NCBI GenBank assembly: GCA_004764695.1
Contig: SMSO01000032.1
Location: 8,650,483-8,714,482, forward strand
Length of the DNA stretch: 64,000 nucleotides
Direction: 5' to 3'
Source of the DNA: Schizochytrium sp. TIO01
Taxonomy: Eukaryota; Protista; Bigyra: Labyrinthulomycetes
Shown here: one piece after another, positions 23,414-34,400 of the stretch
Layout: every line of letters begins with the position of its first letter
Numbering within the stretch: position 1 is the stretch's first letter
The notes under the pieces: model-generated
Database searches by the model: none
Seen by the model: only the letters and a program-made list of their open reading frames with translations
Told to the model about the DNA's origin: nothing
Made by a program: the position numbers and the translations under genes

Positions 23414-26400
23414 TCACCGATAGAATGTAATCGTCGCAGTCAAAGACAGAGGATGCGACTCGGTCTCCACATCCCACGGACCAAGATCAGATGCAATGGC
23501 TGCCTCAGAAGCTGAAAGTTCACCACGCTGTTTCTTAATCTGGCGCATGACTTCACCAGCATACTTTGCACGTACACCCTTGGTTAGCGAGGCACGGTCA
23601 GTAATATGCAAAATGCTTTTCTGCACCCCGAGATCGAGACCCTCTGGTAGACCTTCCACAGTATCAACCTCCCAAAATCCAATACGCTTTGAGTGATCAG
23701 ACATGCTACCATCCCGGCGCCTCTTACGCGATGGCTCCTTCTCATCTGTCAGTATCGCACGGTGGTACTTGCTCGCGCGAATCTGCACGGTTCGTCCTGC
23801 AACTGTCTGAAGCGCCCGCAAGGCACTCTTGCGTTGGCCGTCTTTGGGTCCCTTGGTGTCCGATGGTGGGACAAGCGTAACGTGCAGGTTTTTGTGGCCT
23901 TCAACATCTGCACAACACCAATTGCCTTTCTCAGGAGCGACAGCTTGGTTTTGCCCTGGCGCACTCTCATTCGACGGTTCCTCTTGGTTGTCCATCCACT
24001 CCATAATTTCCTCGAAACTGCAGCCTGCAGAAAAATCCATGATGTCCTCGCGTACTTCTTGTGCAAGAGGCAATAAGGGGTTTCCGCTTGTTTTTTCGAG
24101 CTTGCGCACAAAAATGTCGCTAACAACAGCGCCTGGTGCGTGCAAGGCAACCGGGAGAAAGTCTTCACATTGCTCAAAAAAGAAGCTGCGGAAGATCTTA
24201 TATGCCTCTTTTTGAGACAATTTTTCACCAATAGCAAGGCCAATATGCGTCTTTGCATCGCGAGCTTGCACACGATTCCAGAATGCATCGTGATCAAGAC
24301 GCTCTGGCACAATCGCGAGCACTCGCACGTCATAGCGAGCGGTGTGGGGCTGCAGAAGTGTAGCTAAGCGCCGCAAACCATCCATTGCTGGGATATTCTT
24401 GTCATAGCCAACCACACCAATCTTTGCTCGAGGATTAGGCACCCCCTTCAAACTATCCTTTTTGTTGGTTTTGCCCTGCATACAAGAGTTGAACTCACTC
24501 TCAAAGGACGCCCTGGACTTGAAATCGTCTGATGATCGGTAACAAAAGCTCACTTCAGCTGATCCATCAAGGGTGTTATGGAAAGCCTCAAACAAAGAAC
24601 TCTTGCCACCACCAGGAGGCAAACCCAGCGTGCACAGAATCAATCGCTTTGGAAGTCCTTCCTTTGATTGTGGTGCCACTGCGATAGAACCGGAAGTCGA
24701 GAGTTGGCTAGGCTTGGCCTTCTCTGCGACACTCATGGCTTCGAGCCAAGTCTGCACGTCAGGCGGGTCCATAATAATAGGGGTTGACGTTTTTGCACCC
24801 AGACGCGGCATGTGCTTCTTTGTAAAACCACGAAAAGATCCCTCGGCAGCCTTGCGTTGATTCTCCGTTAGTTTGGCCTGAGCTTCTGCGTCGTTGTTGT
24901 TCGGCCCAACGACGAGCACAGCATTCGCTGCTTGCACTTGATCTTCCTTGGGAAAGCGCGTGGTGACTTCGTAAAAACCTAAGCGGCCACTTGTAGCATC
25001 CTGAAGGACCTTGTTGGAGCTTGCATCCAAACCAAGGGCCCCAAGCTTCGATGCACTTAAAGACAAACCACTAAGGTTGAGAACCAAGATACTTAGCTGG
25101 CTGGAGTCTTGAGTGGCATTTTCGCTTGTGCCTTTCTTTGTCACAATTTCCGATTCAGACTTGGCAAATTCGCCAACTTCGGCACATGGTGTTCCCAATG
25201 GATATGGCGTCGCCGAAAGAAACTCTTCAAGTTTCAGCAAATAGCTTGTCCGCAGAGCATCCTGCTGCCTATTAGAAAGAGAAAGAGCAAAGTCAGCCCA
25301 CTTACTAAAAAATCCATCCAAGGTGTCACGATGTTCCTTAGGAATGCTCCATGGTGGGTAAAAGCCCTTCTTCAAGGTTTTCAAAAAATCGTCTTTACCC
25401 CGTTTGAGCAAGATAAACAGGCGGTTTCGGATACCAAAAGTGCGCCACATGTAATTCAAGCACTTGAGCTTGGCGATGCCGAGGATCTTAACAGGTGTTG
25501 GTGCTTCAAATGCAGCAGCTTGGGTTGCCTGAGCCGCGATGTCTTCTTTCGTGAAGAGCGACACTACCATACCACGAAACAGAGGGCCCGTCGACTCGTC
25601 CATCATATGAAGCGGCCATCCATAGAACACTTCATCGTCACGAACATGCACTTGAACTTGGAGGTGTCCTTTATACATATAGGGCTGAAGGCGTGTAGAG
25701 TGAGCATATAAATTCTGCAGACGCTCAAGCGTCTTATGCGTACGTCCTGGAGAGGTACCCTTACATACGTAATCCCAAACTGCAGAATCAGGGGTGTTCT
25801 TGTTAATCCGGGTCGGTTCAGTGTATACCTCCGGCATATTTAACGGGGCGATGTTCAGGTTTTCTACGTCACGACGGAAATCTTTGCCGGTAGACGAGTT
25901 CAGGCAAATCTCACCAAGCTTGACTGCAGAGGCCAACGCAGCATCATGAAAAGGTCGCATTGTGTCGTTGTACGTCTTCACTAGGGCGGAGAGGCGCTCT
26001 GGATTAGCCTGAAGAGCCATCATTACAAAACCTTCAAGAACTTGGCCCTGGGTCTCAGCGTGAGACAAGAAGCACTGAGGCTCCTGGCCAGGTGCGAGGT
26101 GTTTATCAAGAATTGCACTTGCATCGCGGTCTTGCATATCCCAGCGATGCTTATGTAACTCCTTTTCTACCTCATGCGCCTTGTTGCCTGGAATGAGCCA
26201 AACCTCGTTGAGTGGAAGTCGCCACTGAGTGGCAATCTGCAAAAGCTCAGATGGAGACATGAATCGCTCCTCACGAGTCACCGCAGCACAGGTAAGAACC
26301 ATGTATGCACAGCGAGGCGTCGCGCCATGGTCACCAAGAACTCGCGGAGTCACGCACTCGAACGAATAACATATACCGCGTTTTTCTGCGTCCTCCCACC

Positions 26401-26926
26401 ATTCCTGGAATTTGGCGGTCCCCTCATTTGGCCAAACTGTTTGAAAGTACTCGTACAGCACCACGCAGCCCACGCGAGAGAAAATGTTCCCTGTACCGTT
26501 CTTGGAATAAAAAGGCGGTGCCATTACAAGCGACCCAGAATGCTTTTTACTCACGCATAGGATACCTGAGGCACCATCAATATCCGCCGACTTGGTCTCT
26601 TCCTTGGCTTCTGCTCCATGCAAGAGCCAACCGAGCCGTTTGTCAGCATTTTGATTGTCAAACTTGGGTAAAAAATGTGTTGTGGTCTGCGCGATCAGTT
26701 GAGGGCCATTCTCCTCAAGCTTCGGAAGATCAGGTCCAGGAACCGACGACTGAGGGGTATCCAGTTCCTCATCATTCATATTAGAAGCTTCAGCGTCTGG
26801 CGAGGACAGCTCTGCGCCGTTTGAGGCTTGATCTTGGTTTTGCTCCTCTGCATTATCCTTGGGTTGTTGACCACCGCCTTTGCGACCCTTACCGCCCCGG
26901 TAGTAGTTTCGACGGCCGCGAGACAT
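23414..26926 (-). CDS. Trifunctional 'heal-and-seal' tRNA ligase of plant (AtRNL/RLG1) type: ligase + polynucleotide kinase + 2H cyclic phosphodiesterase
   Basis: 1170 aa. Nucleotidyltransferase motif I KHSGSL, SFECVT..LGDHG, motif IV EGFV, motif V KLKCLNY..RTF.IRN. P-loop GLPPGGGKS followed by DKN. C-terminal 2H motifs HVTL and HIT. Domain order matches plant tRNA ligase. Confidence 0.9.
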   Translation of the reverse strand: MSRGRRNYYRGGKGRKGGGQQPKDNAEEQNQDQASNGAELSSPDAEASNMNDEELDTPQSSVPGPDLPKLEENGPQLIAQTTTHFLPKFDNQNADKRLGWLLHGAEAKEETKSADIDGASGILCVSKKHSGSLVMAPPFYSKNGTGNIFSRVGCVVLYEYFQTVWPNEGTAKFQEWWEDAEKRGICYSFECVTPRVLGDHGATPRCAYMVLTCAAVTREERFMSPSELLQIATQWRLPLNEVWLIPGNKAHEVEKELHKHRWDMQDRDASAILDKHLAPGQEPQCFLSHAETQGQVLEGFVMMALQANPERLSALVKTYNDTMRPFHDAALASAVKLGEICLNSSTGKDFRRDVENLNIAPLNMPEVYTEPTRINKNTPDSAVWDYVCKGTSPGRTHKTLERLQNLYAHSTRLQPYMYKGHLQVQVHVRDDEVFYGWPLHMMDESTGPLFRGMVVSLFTKEDIAAQATQAAAFEAPTPVKILGIAKLKCLNYMWRTFGIRNRLFILLKRGKDDFLKTLKKGFYPPWSIPKEHRDTLDGFFSKWADFALSLSNRQQDALRTSYLLKLEEFLSATPYPLGTPCAEVGEFAKSESEIVTKKGTSENATQDSSQLSILVLNLSGLSLSASKLGALGLDASSNKVLQDATSGRLGFYEVTTRFPKEDQVQAANAVLVVGPNNNDAEAQAKLTENQRKAAEGSFRGFTKKHMPRLGAKTSTPIIMDPPDVQTWLEAMSVAEKAKPSQLSTSGSIAVAPQSKEGLPKRLILCTLGLPPGGGKSSLFEAFHNTLDGSAEVSFCYRSSDDFKSRASFESEFNSCMQGKTNKKDSLKGVPNPRAKIGVVGYDKNIPAMDGLRRLATLLQPHTARYDVRVLAIVPERLDHDAFWNRVQARDAKTHIGLAIGEKLSQKEAYKIFRSFFFEQCEDFLPVALHAPGAVVSDIFVRKLEKTSGNPLLPLAQEVREDIMDFSAGCSFEEIMEWMDNQEEPSNESAPGQNQAVAPEKGNWCCADVEGHKNLHVTLVPPSDTKGPKDGQRKSALRALQTVAGRTVQIRASKYHRAILTDEKEPSRKRRRDGSMSDHSKRIGFWEVDTVEGLPEGLDLGVQKSILHITDRASLTKGVRAKYAGEVMRQIKKQRGELSASEAAIASDLGPWDVETESHPLSLTATITFYR

Positions 26927-27386
26927 TGCGCGGTCTTGCCTTCAGTGTGACTTTCTCCAACTTTCGTGCTTGACGTTAGCAATTTGCTCTCGGTTTGGTA
27001 TTCGGGTGATCTTAGGTTTTACTCACTGGCTGACTGACTGACTGATTGATTGATTTGAATGATTGATCAATCAATTGATTGATCTCAGCGGCCCTCGTTC
27101 TGTAATAGATCTGCGAACGTTCTACGAACGATATTGTATTGTGCATTCGGGACACTTTATCCCCAGCATCTTTGGCGTTAGAATTCATCGTTGTTAAGAA
27201 AACGGCCTGTGACTGGTGCCGACTTTGATCTCCTGCTATTACAATGCGAAAAACGTGGGGTATTATATGTATTCAACCCACGTAGAGGTATTGTTTTTCT
27301 CTAGAGCATAGTGTCTCAGAAATGAAGGATTGAAGAAAAAAAATGTTTTAAATCACTGCTTTGTATGTGTATTGCATAATAATTTA

Positions 27387-30300
27387 TTAGATAGACTCAA
27401 CTTGCGGCACGGACTCGCCAGCAGCCTCCCCGGCTGCAATGGCTCCTAAAATAGAGTCAATCGCAATTTGCTCATTTGCATTAACCTCGCTACCATTGTT
27501 GCTATCGTGCAGAGATATTTGATTTTCACTGCCATCACTCTGCTCTGAAGCAAGGTTTGCATTTAATCCTTTGTCTTCATCATCATCGTCTTCATCTAAA
27601 GAAACCTGCATCTTAGGATTATTGTCCTGGACCACTGATTCTGCCACCGGTTGATCTTCTGCCGAGTCTCCTGATACTGCCGAAGAAGTGTCTCTTTCTT
27701 GTGTGTTATCTGTGTTGCTTACATCTTTGTCTAAATTGTCCGATGCTGCAGTTGACAACGAAATAAGTGCTTCTTCTTTCTCTACAGGAGCTGAATGCTG
27801 AGGCTGATTTTGGAGGTCTTCAATTGCTTGCTGCTCTTCGTTTTCTGCAGAAGCATCGCTGGATTCAGAGTTCCCGATAATGGCTTGACTATTTTCACAG
27901 CTCGCTAAGTCTTCACTTCGAACGTCATTCTCAGAAGGCTCATGAGAGTCAATATTGTTTACATTGTCCACCTGCTTTGGCGAGTCTAGGGGATCATTAC
28001 TGCAATCCAGTGTATTAGAACCTCCATCCTCTTGTTCCTCCACTTCTTTTCCCACATGTTTTTTGGGTGCTAACGAAACTGAAGAGTTCGATTCGATCTC
28101 TTCGCACACGGAAGTCATACTAATAGATTCATAAGTGGTGGCTGCCTCCAAATCAGCTTGGCCCGACGCAGGTACAGGATCTTGCCCATTACTGTCTTGA
28201 TGATCTTCATCGCCCTGATCATCAAGTGTAGCAGTCTGTGTGACGTCGAATCCGAAGGTTTCAGAGTTTGTCCTATTTTCGTCATCCTCTAGATTGTCGT
28301 GATTGCTAGAAAGAGGCACCTGCGTTGTTACAATTGTGGTCTCCAGTGCTTCCTCTGCCTTGTCATTGTTAATTTGCGATATTCCAGCTGCCGAGACTGG
28401 ACCCTCGTAACCCCCAAAGTCCCCAAATTCATCATCATCATCAGAGAACGGTTGCGGTTCCTCATACGCAAAATGAGGTGCTGGAGCAAGTATCTGCGGC
28501 CCATCAGCAGAGGCATCTTCATCAAGGTTGCTTCGTTTGTCTTTGGACTTTTCCTTCGAAGATGATTTTGACTTCTTCTGTTTCTTGCTCTTTTTCTTTT
28601 TGCTGGGTTTACCCACCTTTGAGTCTTCGATGGGTGCATCAGTTGTCATCGGGTCCTGGCTTTCTAAATGCGACTCCGTTTCTAGAACACTGACTTCTGA
28701 TTCTACATGTACAGGGACTTCCTTTGCTGGAGCGCTCTCTGAGAGTGCGTCCAAGGTAGAGTCGGCATGGCCCAAGGCAGATTTAGGCGCAGGCATTGGG
28801 CTGATTTTCATAGGAATGTGACCATCCGTTGCAGAAACGGTGGGAGGATGCGGGGACGGTGTAACTTTTACAGGGACGTGACCAGATGACGACGTATCGG
28901 GACTAGGTGCAATTTTCATAGGAATGTGGCCTTCCGATGAGGTGAAACTTTGAGGTGCTGAGGAAATTTTCATTGGAACATGACCATCGGAAGACGCACT
29001 GGAACTACTTAAAGGAGTAACCTTCATAATGATATCACCATTCGCTTGGTGTTTGTTTGGTACCTTCATTGGGATATGACCAGCGTCAGCACTAGATGGT
29101 GAAGATGTCGAGAGAGCCCGAATTGAGTTTGAGGAGCTGTCTGCTGTATTAGGTGTGTCAGCACGCCTACTTGCACGAGAAGATCGTCTACCTTTGAGGT
29201 TAATGCGGATAGGACCTAACTCAGAAGCCCCTTGAAATTGTGAAGGGGAGTCCAGTGTATCTTCAAAGGGTGTTGGCATTGTTGGATTTGCATCGAGAGC
29301 ATCGTCCCCCTTGGCTCGGCCAAGCCGCAAATAGGCTGAACCGAGACCAGGGCGATCAGCATCTGGATTGAAACCCGTGTCTAATACCGTGGCAACGATA
29401 TTTTCGTCTGGTACGGGTCCATTGTTTGTGTTATCTGGATCATCCTCGTCATCATCGCGAGCAGTTCGGGACAACAGTCTCTTCACATTTTCCGATTGTT
29501 TCGCCAGTCCTTCACGCAGCCGAGCAGCAGCGTTGCGCTGTGCTTGGACCTCACGAAATCGATTAGAATCGACAACATCGGACTCTCGCACAATATCTAC
29601 CGCAGATTTACTAAGCTTAGGGGGAGGAGCGCGAGGGGGCTCAACGGCAGTAGAAGGACGCGGTGCGGGGGCCTGAAGTTGCTGCAACGAGTTCGTGAAT
29701 CCCTCAAAGAAGTTGAGTTGAATGCGCTTCAATGCCTGATAAGGTGCTCTTACAAAGTCAAAGCGGAATTGAAAGAGCGCAGAAAGCTCTTCGAAAAGAT
29801 CTCTTGTCATTTGGTCTAGAACTGCGGTTTGCTCGAGTCGCTCCTTCTCCTTTTCTGCGCTGCGCAATAGGGCCCCGACTCCGCGTGGTTTTGCCAGGTT
29901 CTTTCGTAGGTTCTCCCGTTCTAACATCCGCTCTTTGATTTCATGCAAGACTGTCAAATTCACATTGAAGCACTCGACTACTTTCATTTCCATCTGCGAG
30001 AGGAACTGTGAGCGCTGAGTATCAGATTCATTACCAGTCAGGAGGCGCACTTGCGCTGAGAACCGGGATGCGTCAACACCGAGGGCGTCGTCTTCTGAGC
30101 AAAATGTGTGGATATTACTGGCCAGAGTTTGCATGTTCAAGCACATGAAATTCACAGATTTGACAAAATTGATGGCATTTTTGCGTAAGGTTTGGAGCAT
30201 CTCTTCCATTGTCAGAATGTTTCCGTAAAGTGCCTGCATCATTGGGTCAGGGTCCTCAATAGTGTATTTACCTGCCTCGGGTTGCCTTCGCTTCGCCATG

Positions 30301-30389
30301 GCGCTCCTTAAATTTCTTGCCAGGCCCGGAGAAGCAGATCCAGCCGGGCTAGAGGACCCTGTGCTGCGTGAGCTATCGCTTCGCCTCAT
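27387..30389 (-). CDS. N-terminal BAR-like (amphiphysin/Rvs-type) helical domain followed by a long disordered acidic tail
   Basis: 1000 aa uninterrupted ORF. About aa 45-240 has a BAR-like helical pattern (EDPDP...MEEMLQTLRKNAINFVKSVNFMCLNMQTLASNIHTF...RFDFVRAPYQALKRIQLNFF). The rest is Ser/Pro/Asp/Glu-rich low complexity with short linear motifs. Confidence 0.7.
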   Translation of the reverse strand: MRRSDSSRSTGSSSPAGSASPGLARNLRSAMAKRRQPEAGKYTIEDPDPMMQALYGNILTMEEMLQTLRKNAINFVKSVNFMCLNMQTLASNIHTFCSEDDALGVDASRFSAQVRLLTGNESDTQRSQFLSQMEMKVVECFNVNLTVLHEIKERMLERENLRKNLAKPRGVGALLRSAEKEKERLEQTAVLDQMTRDLFEELSALFQFRFDFVRAPYQALKRIQLNFFEGFTNSLQQLQAPAPRPSTAVEPPRAPPPKLSKSAVDIVRESDVVDSNRFREVQAQRNAAARLREGLAKQSENVKRLLSRTARDDDEDDPDNTNNGPVPDENIVATVLDTGFNPDADRPGLGSAYLRLGRAKGDDALDANPTMPTPFEDTLDSPSQFQGASELGPIRINLKGRRSSRASRRADTPNTADSSSNSIRALSTSSPSSADAGHIPMKVPNKHQANGDIIMKVTPLSSSSASSDGHVPMKISSAPQSFTSSEGHIPMKIAPSPDTSSSGHVPVKVTPSPHPPTVSATDGHIPMKISPMPAPKSALGHADSTLDALSESAPAKEVPVHVESEVSVLETESHLESQDPMTTDAPIEDSKVGKPSKKKKSKKQKKSKSSSKEKSKDKRSNLDEDASADGPQILAPAPHFAYEEPQPFSDDDDEFGDFGGYEGPVSAAGISQINNDKAEEALETTIVTTQVPLSSNHDNLEDDENRTNSETFGFDVTQTATLDDQGDEDHQDSNGQDPVPASGQADLEAATTYESISMTSVCEEIESNSSVSLAPKKHVGKEVEEQEDGGSNTLDCSNDPLDSPKQVDNVNNIDSHEPSENDVRSEDLASCENSQAIIGNSESSDASAENEEQQAIEDLQNQPQHSAPVEKEEALISLSTAASDNLDKDVSNTDNTQERDTSSAVSGDSAEDQPVAESVVQDNNPKMQVSLDEDDDDEDKGLNANLASEQSDGSENQISLHDSNNGSEVNANEQIAIDSILGAIAAGEAAGESVPQVESI

Positions 30390-31420
30390 TGTGGCTACCT
30401 CGTTGTTGTGCTTTTGCGTCCCAAAAAATCTTTTGGAGAGCTAATGAATTAACGATTTCAACTGTGTGATGAGATTTTGAATACGCCAGATTTCGCCAAT
30501 ACCGACAGGTCAGAATCTTATAATCTTCAAGTTTTCTGGCTGGCACAAGGGCAATTTTCGAAAAGACGTAGTTGCTATGCTGGCAGTGGCACAGGCACCC
30601 AGATTAGATAGGACGCCACTTGGCTGCAAGGTTATCTATCTCTCAACGTGAAACCTAAGCAAAACCTTGCTGTCAAAGTGAACCTGCTCAATACCCCTTT
30701 TCTGCCAGGTTTGCGTCAGCTCTGACGTAGCTCCCGCCGTCTCTCCCGTCGCCTTCGTCCTCCAAGGCGCTGCTTTACGACGATGTTTGTGCTTCGCTCC
30801 CCTTGACGAGCTGGCAAGCTAAGTCTCTATCTTCGGCGCACTCCTGCGCCCTTTTTCGGACATTCTCCCACCTAACTCCCCGAGCCCTCCTTGTTTCCCC
30901 GACCCCGTCTCCCTTCCCCTCGTTCCGCGGGTTCTTCCCCAGGTCCCTCTCCGATCCCCCCTCGTTCCTCCCCAGTTCCCTGTGCGTGCCCCGCCGGTTC
31001 TCCCTCGGTTCCGGTCGGGCTGCGCCGGGTCCTGTGAGAGGTCGCGTGCGTCATCGCGTTTCTGCTCGCGGCCGCCTTTCTTTGCGCTGCAGCGCCAAAG
31101 AAGGCTCTGGAGCCGGGGGGCTGGCGGCCAGCCACTGCGAGGAGGCCTCGAGGAGGCGGAGGAAGGGTCTGGTCTGATGGGTGGCGGGACGAGTGGGCCA
31201 AGAGTGAATGGGTGGAGGAAGGAGCAGTCAACGAAGAGGAGCGATAAATGAATGAATGAATGAATGAATGAATGAATGTGGGTGCCAGTTTTCCTTTTAC
31301 CTTTTAAAGTTCATTAATTATTGTTTTTATGGGGTTAGTAGTTTGTTTAGTTTGCTTGTTCATTGAAAAGGTATGAAACCATTGAAGTTGTTTTGATTGA
31401 AAGGTGCATAGACCGATAAG

Positions 31421-31490
31421 TTGGGATAACTTGAGATAACTTGAGATAACTTGAGATAACTTGAGGTAACTTGAGATAACTTGAAGTAAA
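31421..31490. repeat. Tandem 10-mer (TTGAGATAAC)n, 7 copies (4 perfect)
   Basis: Read directly: ttgggataac ttgagataac x3 ttgaggtaac ttgagataac ttgaagtaaa. Confidence 0.95.
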
Positions 31491-34400
31491 TAAATTGATG
31501 AACATATGAGGAGATGGGTATAAAACAGGAAAGAACTTAACTTCTTCGTGTTAAAAGAAAGAAGGAAAGAAGGGGCGGGAGGTAGCGGAAGACGCTAGAG
31601 TAAATGGTAGCCATGAGAGTAAACCACTCGGCCGCGAGCGGCTGCGCCTTGGGGGTGGTTTAGGAGTTAAGTGGGTACGAGCAAAACTGTTTTGGTTCTG
31701 TTGCGTTATCTGACATGGTTTAGACAAGGAGAAAGAGGGGATGTGTTGATTTCACATATGAAGACGTGCACGGTATCCCCCGGGAGGGAGGACACCGTGG
31801 GAAAAGTTCTTTCATAGGGAAAAAGAGGGAGCACTGACAGGTAGTAGTTAGCTATCGAGTAGTAGAGAGGTGTCTCTTTTTCGTTTTCTTTTACGTTTTC
31901 TTCTTCGCTTTCATAAGTTTGTTTTCAAGTTTTCTTTTCGCGAATGGAAAGCTTTCAAGTGTTCTATCCTGACTCATATCCCGAGTCCCTAGATAGGCAC
32001 CATACTCCATCAAAACAAAGTTCTAGAGAACCAAACATAAACTACTTTAAAATAAAATATATATTTAAAAAAAAAATGAGAAAAATGAAAAAAAAAAATG
32101 AAAACTGGGTACTTTGCTTTGCACCATTTGACTGCCCTTCTCTCCAATCTCGCAGTGGCAAAAGCTAAAGCCAAAGCCTTCAGAGCGCCAAAAGATCAGT
32201 CTAATGGCATATCATTTCATAGATAAGCCTATCCCGCCCCCCGGTTCAACTGCTGAGCCACTACTTTCTTAATTGGCGAGCCGCTGCTTGGAGCCTGCCC
32301 CCTTTAAAGCGGTCCCTCGATCGATATCTGTGACTGTTACTTCAGAGGGTACATATGAGAACGATACGTCAACAATTCGCTGTCGAAAACCGCATCCGAC
32401 ATATAAGTCCCATAGTACAATTCTTCACGCCATCTATTGCTTTGCTCTGCTTTGATTAGCCTTGCAGGCTGATAAGTCTGTCACTGCCCAGCCCATCGTT
32501 TGACAGCGAAGTCTGCTCAAGCGGAGTGAGAGTGTGCGGAGCTCCTTCGCATAGACCTGAAGCTGCTCGCAAATCACTCAACGCGTTAGTATGGTATCGT
32601 GGTTTGGGGGGGACCAAAGTGGCACTTCATCATCCCAGAACTATTTTAATTTTAACTTATTTAAATTAAAAAAAAGTAATAATAAAAATATATATATAAT
32701 AGTGGAGTAAAGAACTAAAGATGTTTTCAACCTCAGACCTCATTTGCTTTTATTCATATTTATATTTATATTTACTATATTATTATATTTATTTATCAAT
32801 TAACACAGATGGAAACAGGAAAGAACAGTTCAAGAGACCTCAGAGGTAGCTTGGATCGTGAACGAGCATCGACGCCGTCGAAACAGCCACGCAAAGTCAC
32901 GAAAGATGATCACAGCAGCAGGAGCGGCACGCCCCCCCTCGGCTGCACGATGAATGACGGTGCCTGAGCTCATAGGTGAATATAGACAGACACGTGTTTA
33001 GATGTATAGGCACTGTGAGTTACATTCATGCATGCATGCATACATATGTAGATACATTCGTCTCGTGGAGGCCGTGGGCGCCAGTCTCCGAGGAGAGAGA
33101 AGATGACCACCACCATCGTCTTGGAGCGAGCGAGTGTCGGCATCGCGATCTCCAAGTTGGCCTTCTCCAGAGGGCCTCGCGGCACGAGTCTGGGCGTGGC
33201 GCGTCTTGCGAAGGAAGGCCTTTCGGGCTCGGCTTTGGAGATGAGGAACTTGGGAGCGGACTACTTGAGAACGAACGACGCCACGCCACGCCACGCCATC
33301 GCGGATGGTACCCGAGTCAATTGTCAATTGTCAATTCTGTCAACAAAACACAGGTTCGTGAACTCCACCAAGATCTGCGGAGGATCCCTTGTGAACGGCA
33401 ACAACCGCGACACGAACCGGAGGATGCGCCCTCGCCAACAGAGACCCTCGCCAGAGACCCTTTCAGAGACCATGCCAGCCGGAGCTGGCCCGAAGCTGCG
33501 CTGCCAACCTGGTCTGTAGGAGCAGCAGGAGCAGCCAAAGCCTGAGTGAGTGAGTGAGTGAGTTCTGCTCGTGCAGCGCAATGAGCAGCTTCTCGAGCGC
33601 CTCGAGCTGCTACATCGGGCAGCTCAACGTTTCCAGCCAAACACGGGCCAGAACTCGGAAGCGGCACCCGGTTGTAGCAGCAGCAGCAACGGCGGCGGCG
33701 TCATCGCCAAGTGCGAGCGGGCCAGAAGCGAGTTCTCGCGCCGTCGCTGCGAGCGGGTGCAGCTGCCAAGTCCGCGTGGATCAGCTGAGCGAAGGAACTT
33801 CGACGGCCATGAGGAAGATGAAGAACAAAACATACACTGTCAAACAAACAAACAAACAAACAGAAGAACCTCAACCACTTCAAGTGAAGCCTCAAACCCG
33901 AGCCACGAGAACGCCAAACCTCCCGGCCATCGTGGACGCCAGCTATCGCATTTGCGACGCCTCGACAAACCCTGCGAACATCGGCGCCGCGATCACAGCT
34001 TCTTGAGCTCAAGAAGTCCAAAGACCAACACGAAAAAGAGAAGCAAGTCCTCCCATAAACACACTGTTCCACTTACCATGTACTACGTAGTCCTTTCATT
34101 ATCTATTCAGCTAGCTACCTAGCTACCTAGCGAGCTCAAGGTGTTCCAACCGCAAGAGAACACCTAATGGAACTGTAGGAGTTGTTAAGAGGCGCTAGGA
34201 ATCGGGCATGGCTGGCGCAGAGGAAGTTATATATATATGTCTATGTATATGTGTATAGTACATGGCAGAGCAGCTTTTTATCAAACAAACAAGTTTTTTA
34301 TTCTTTTTATTCTTTTTTGACAACTGAATATTAATTTTTCGATAAAAGTAAGTTATCGCCAAATTGATGGAATTCCTTCATTTTGCAATGAATGAAAAGG

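Noticed and set aside
33063-33080. 17/18-nt match to the reverse complement of 47906-47923, plus a shared LHRAAQ peptide (about 33610 plus versus 48200 minus), suggesting a dispersed repeat
   Set aside because: A few such matches are expected by chance in 64 kb, and the pieces are not consistently collinear. A self dot-plot with significance testing is needed.
32976-34122. Cluster of 100-190-aa ORFs in a GC-rich island
   Set aside because: Mostly non-ATG starts, interrupted by (GAGT)n and (AAAC)n microsatellites, with no recognisable domain.
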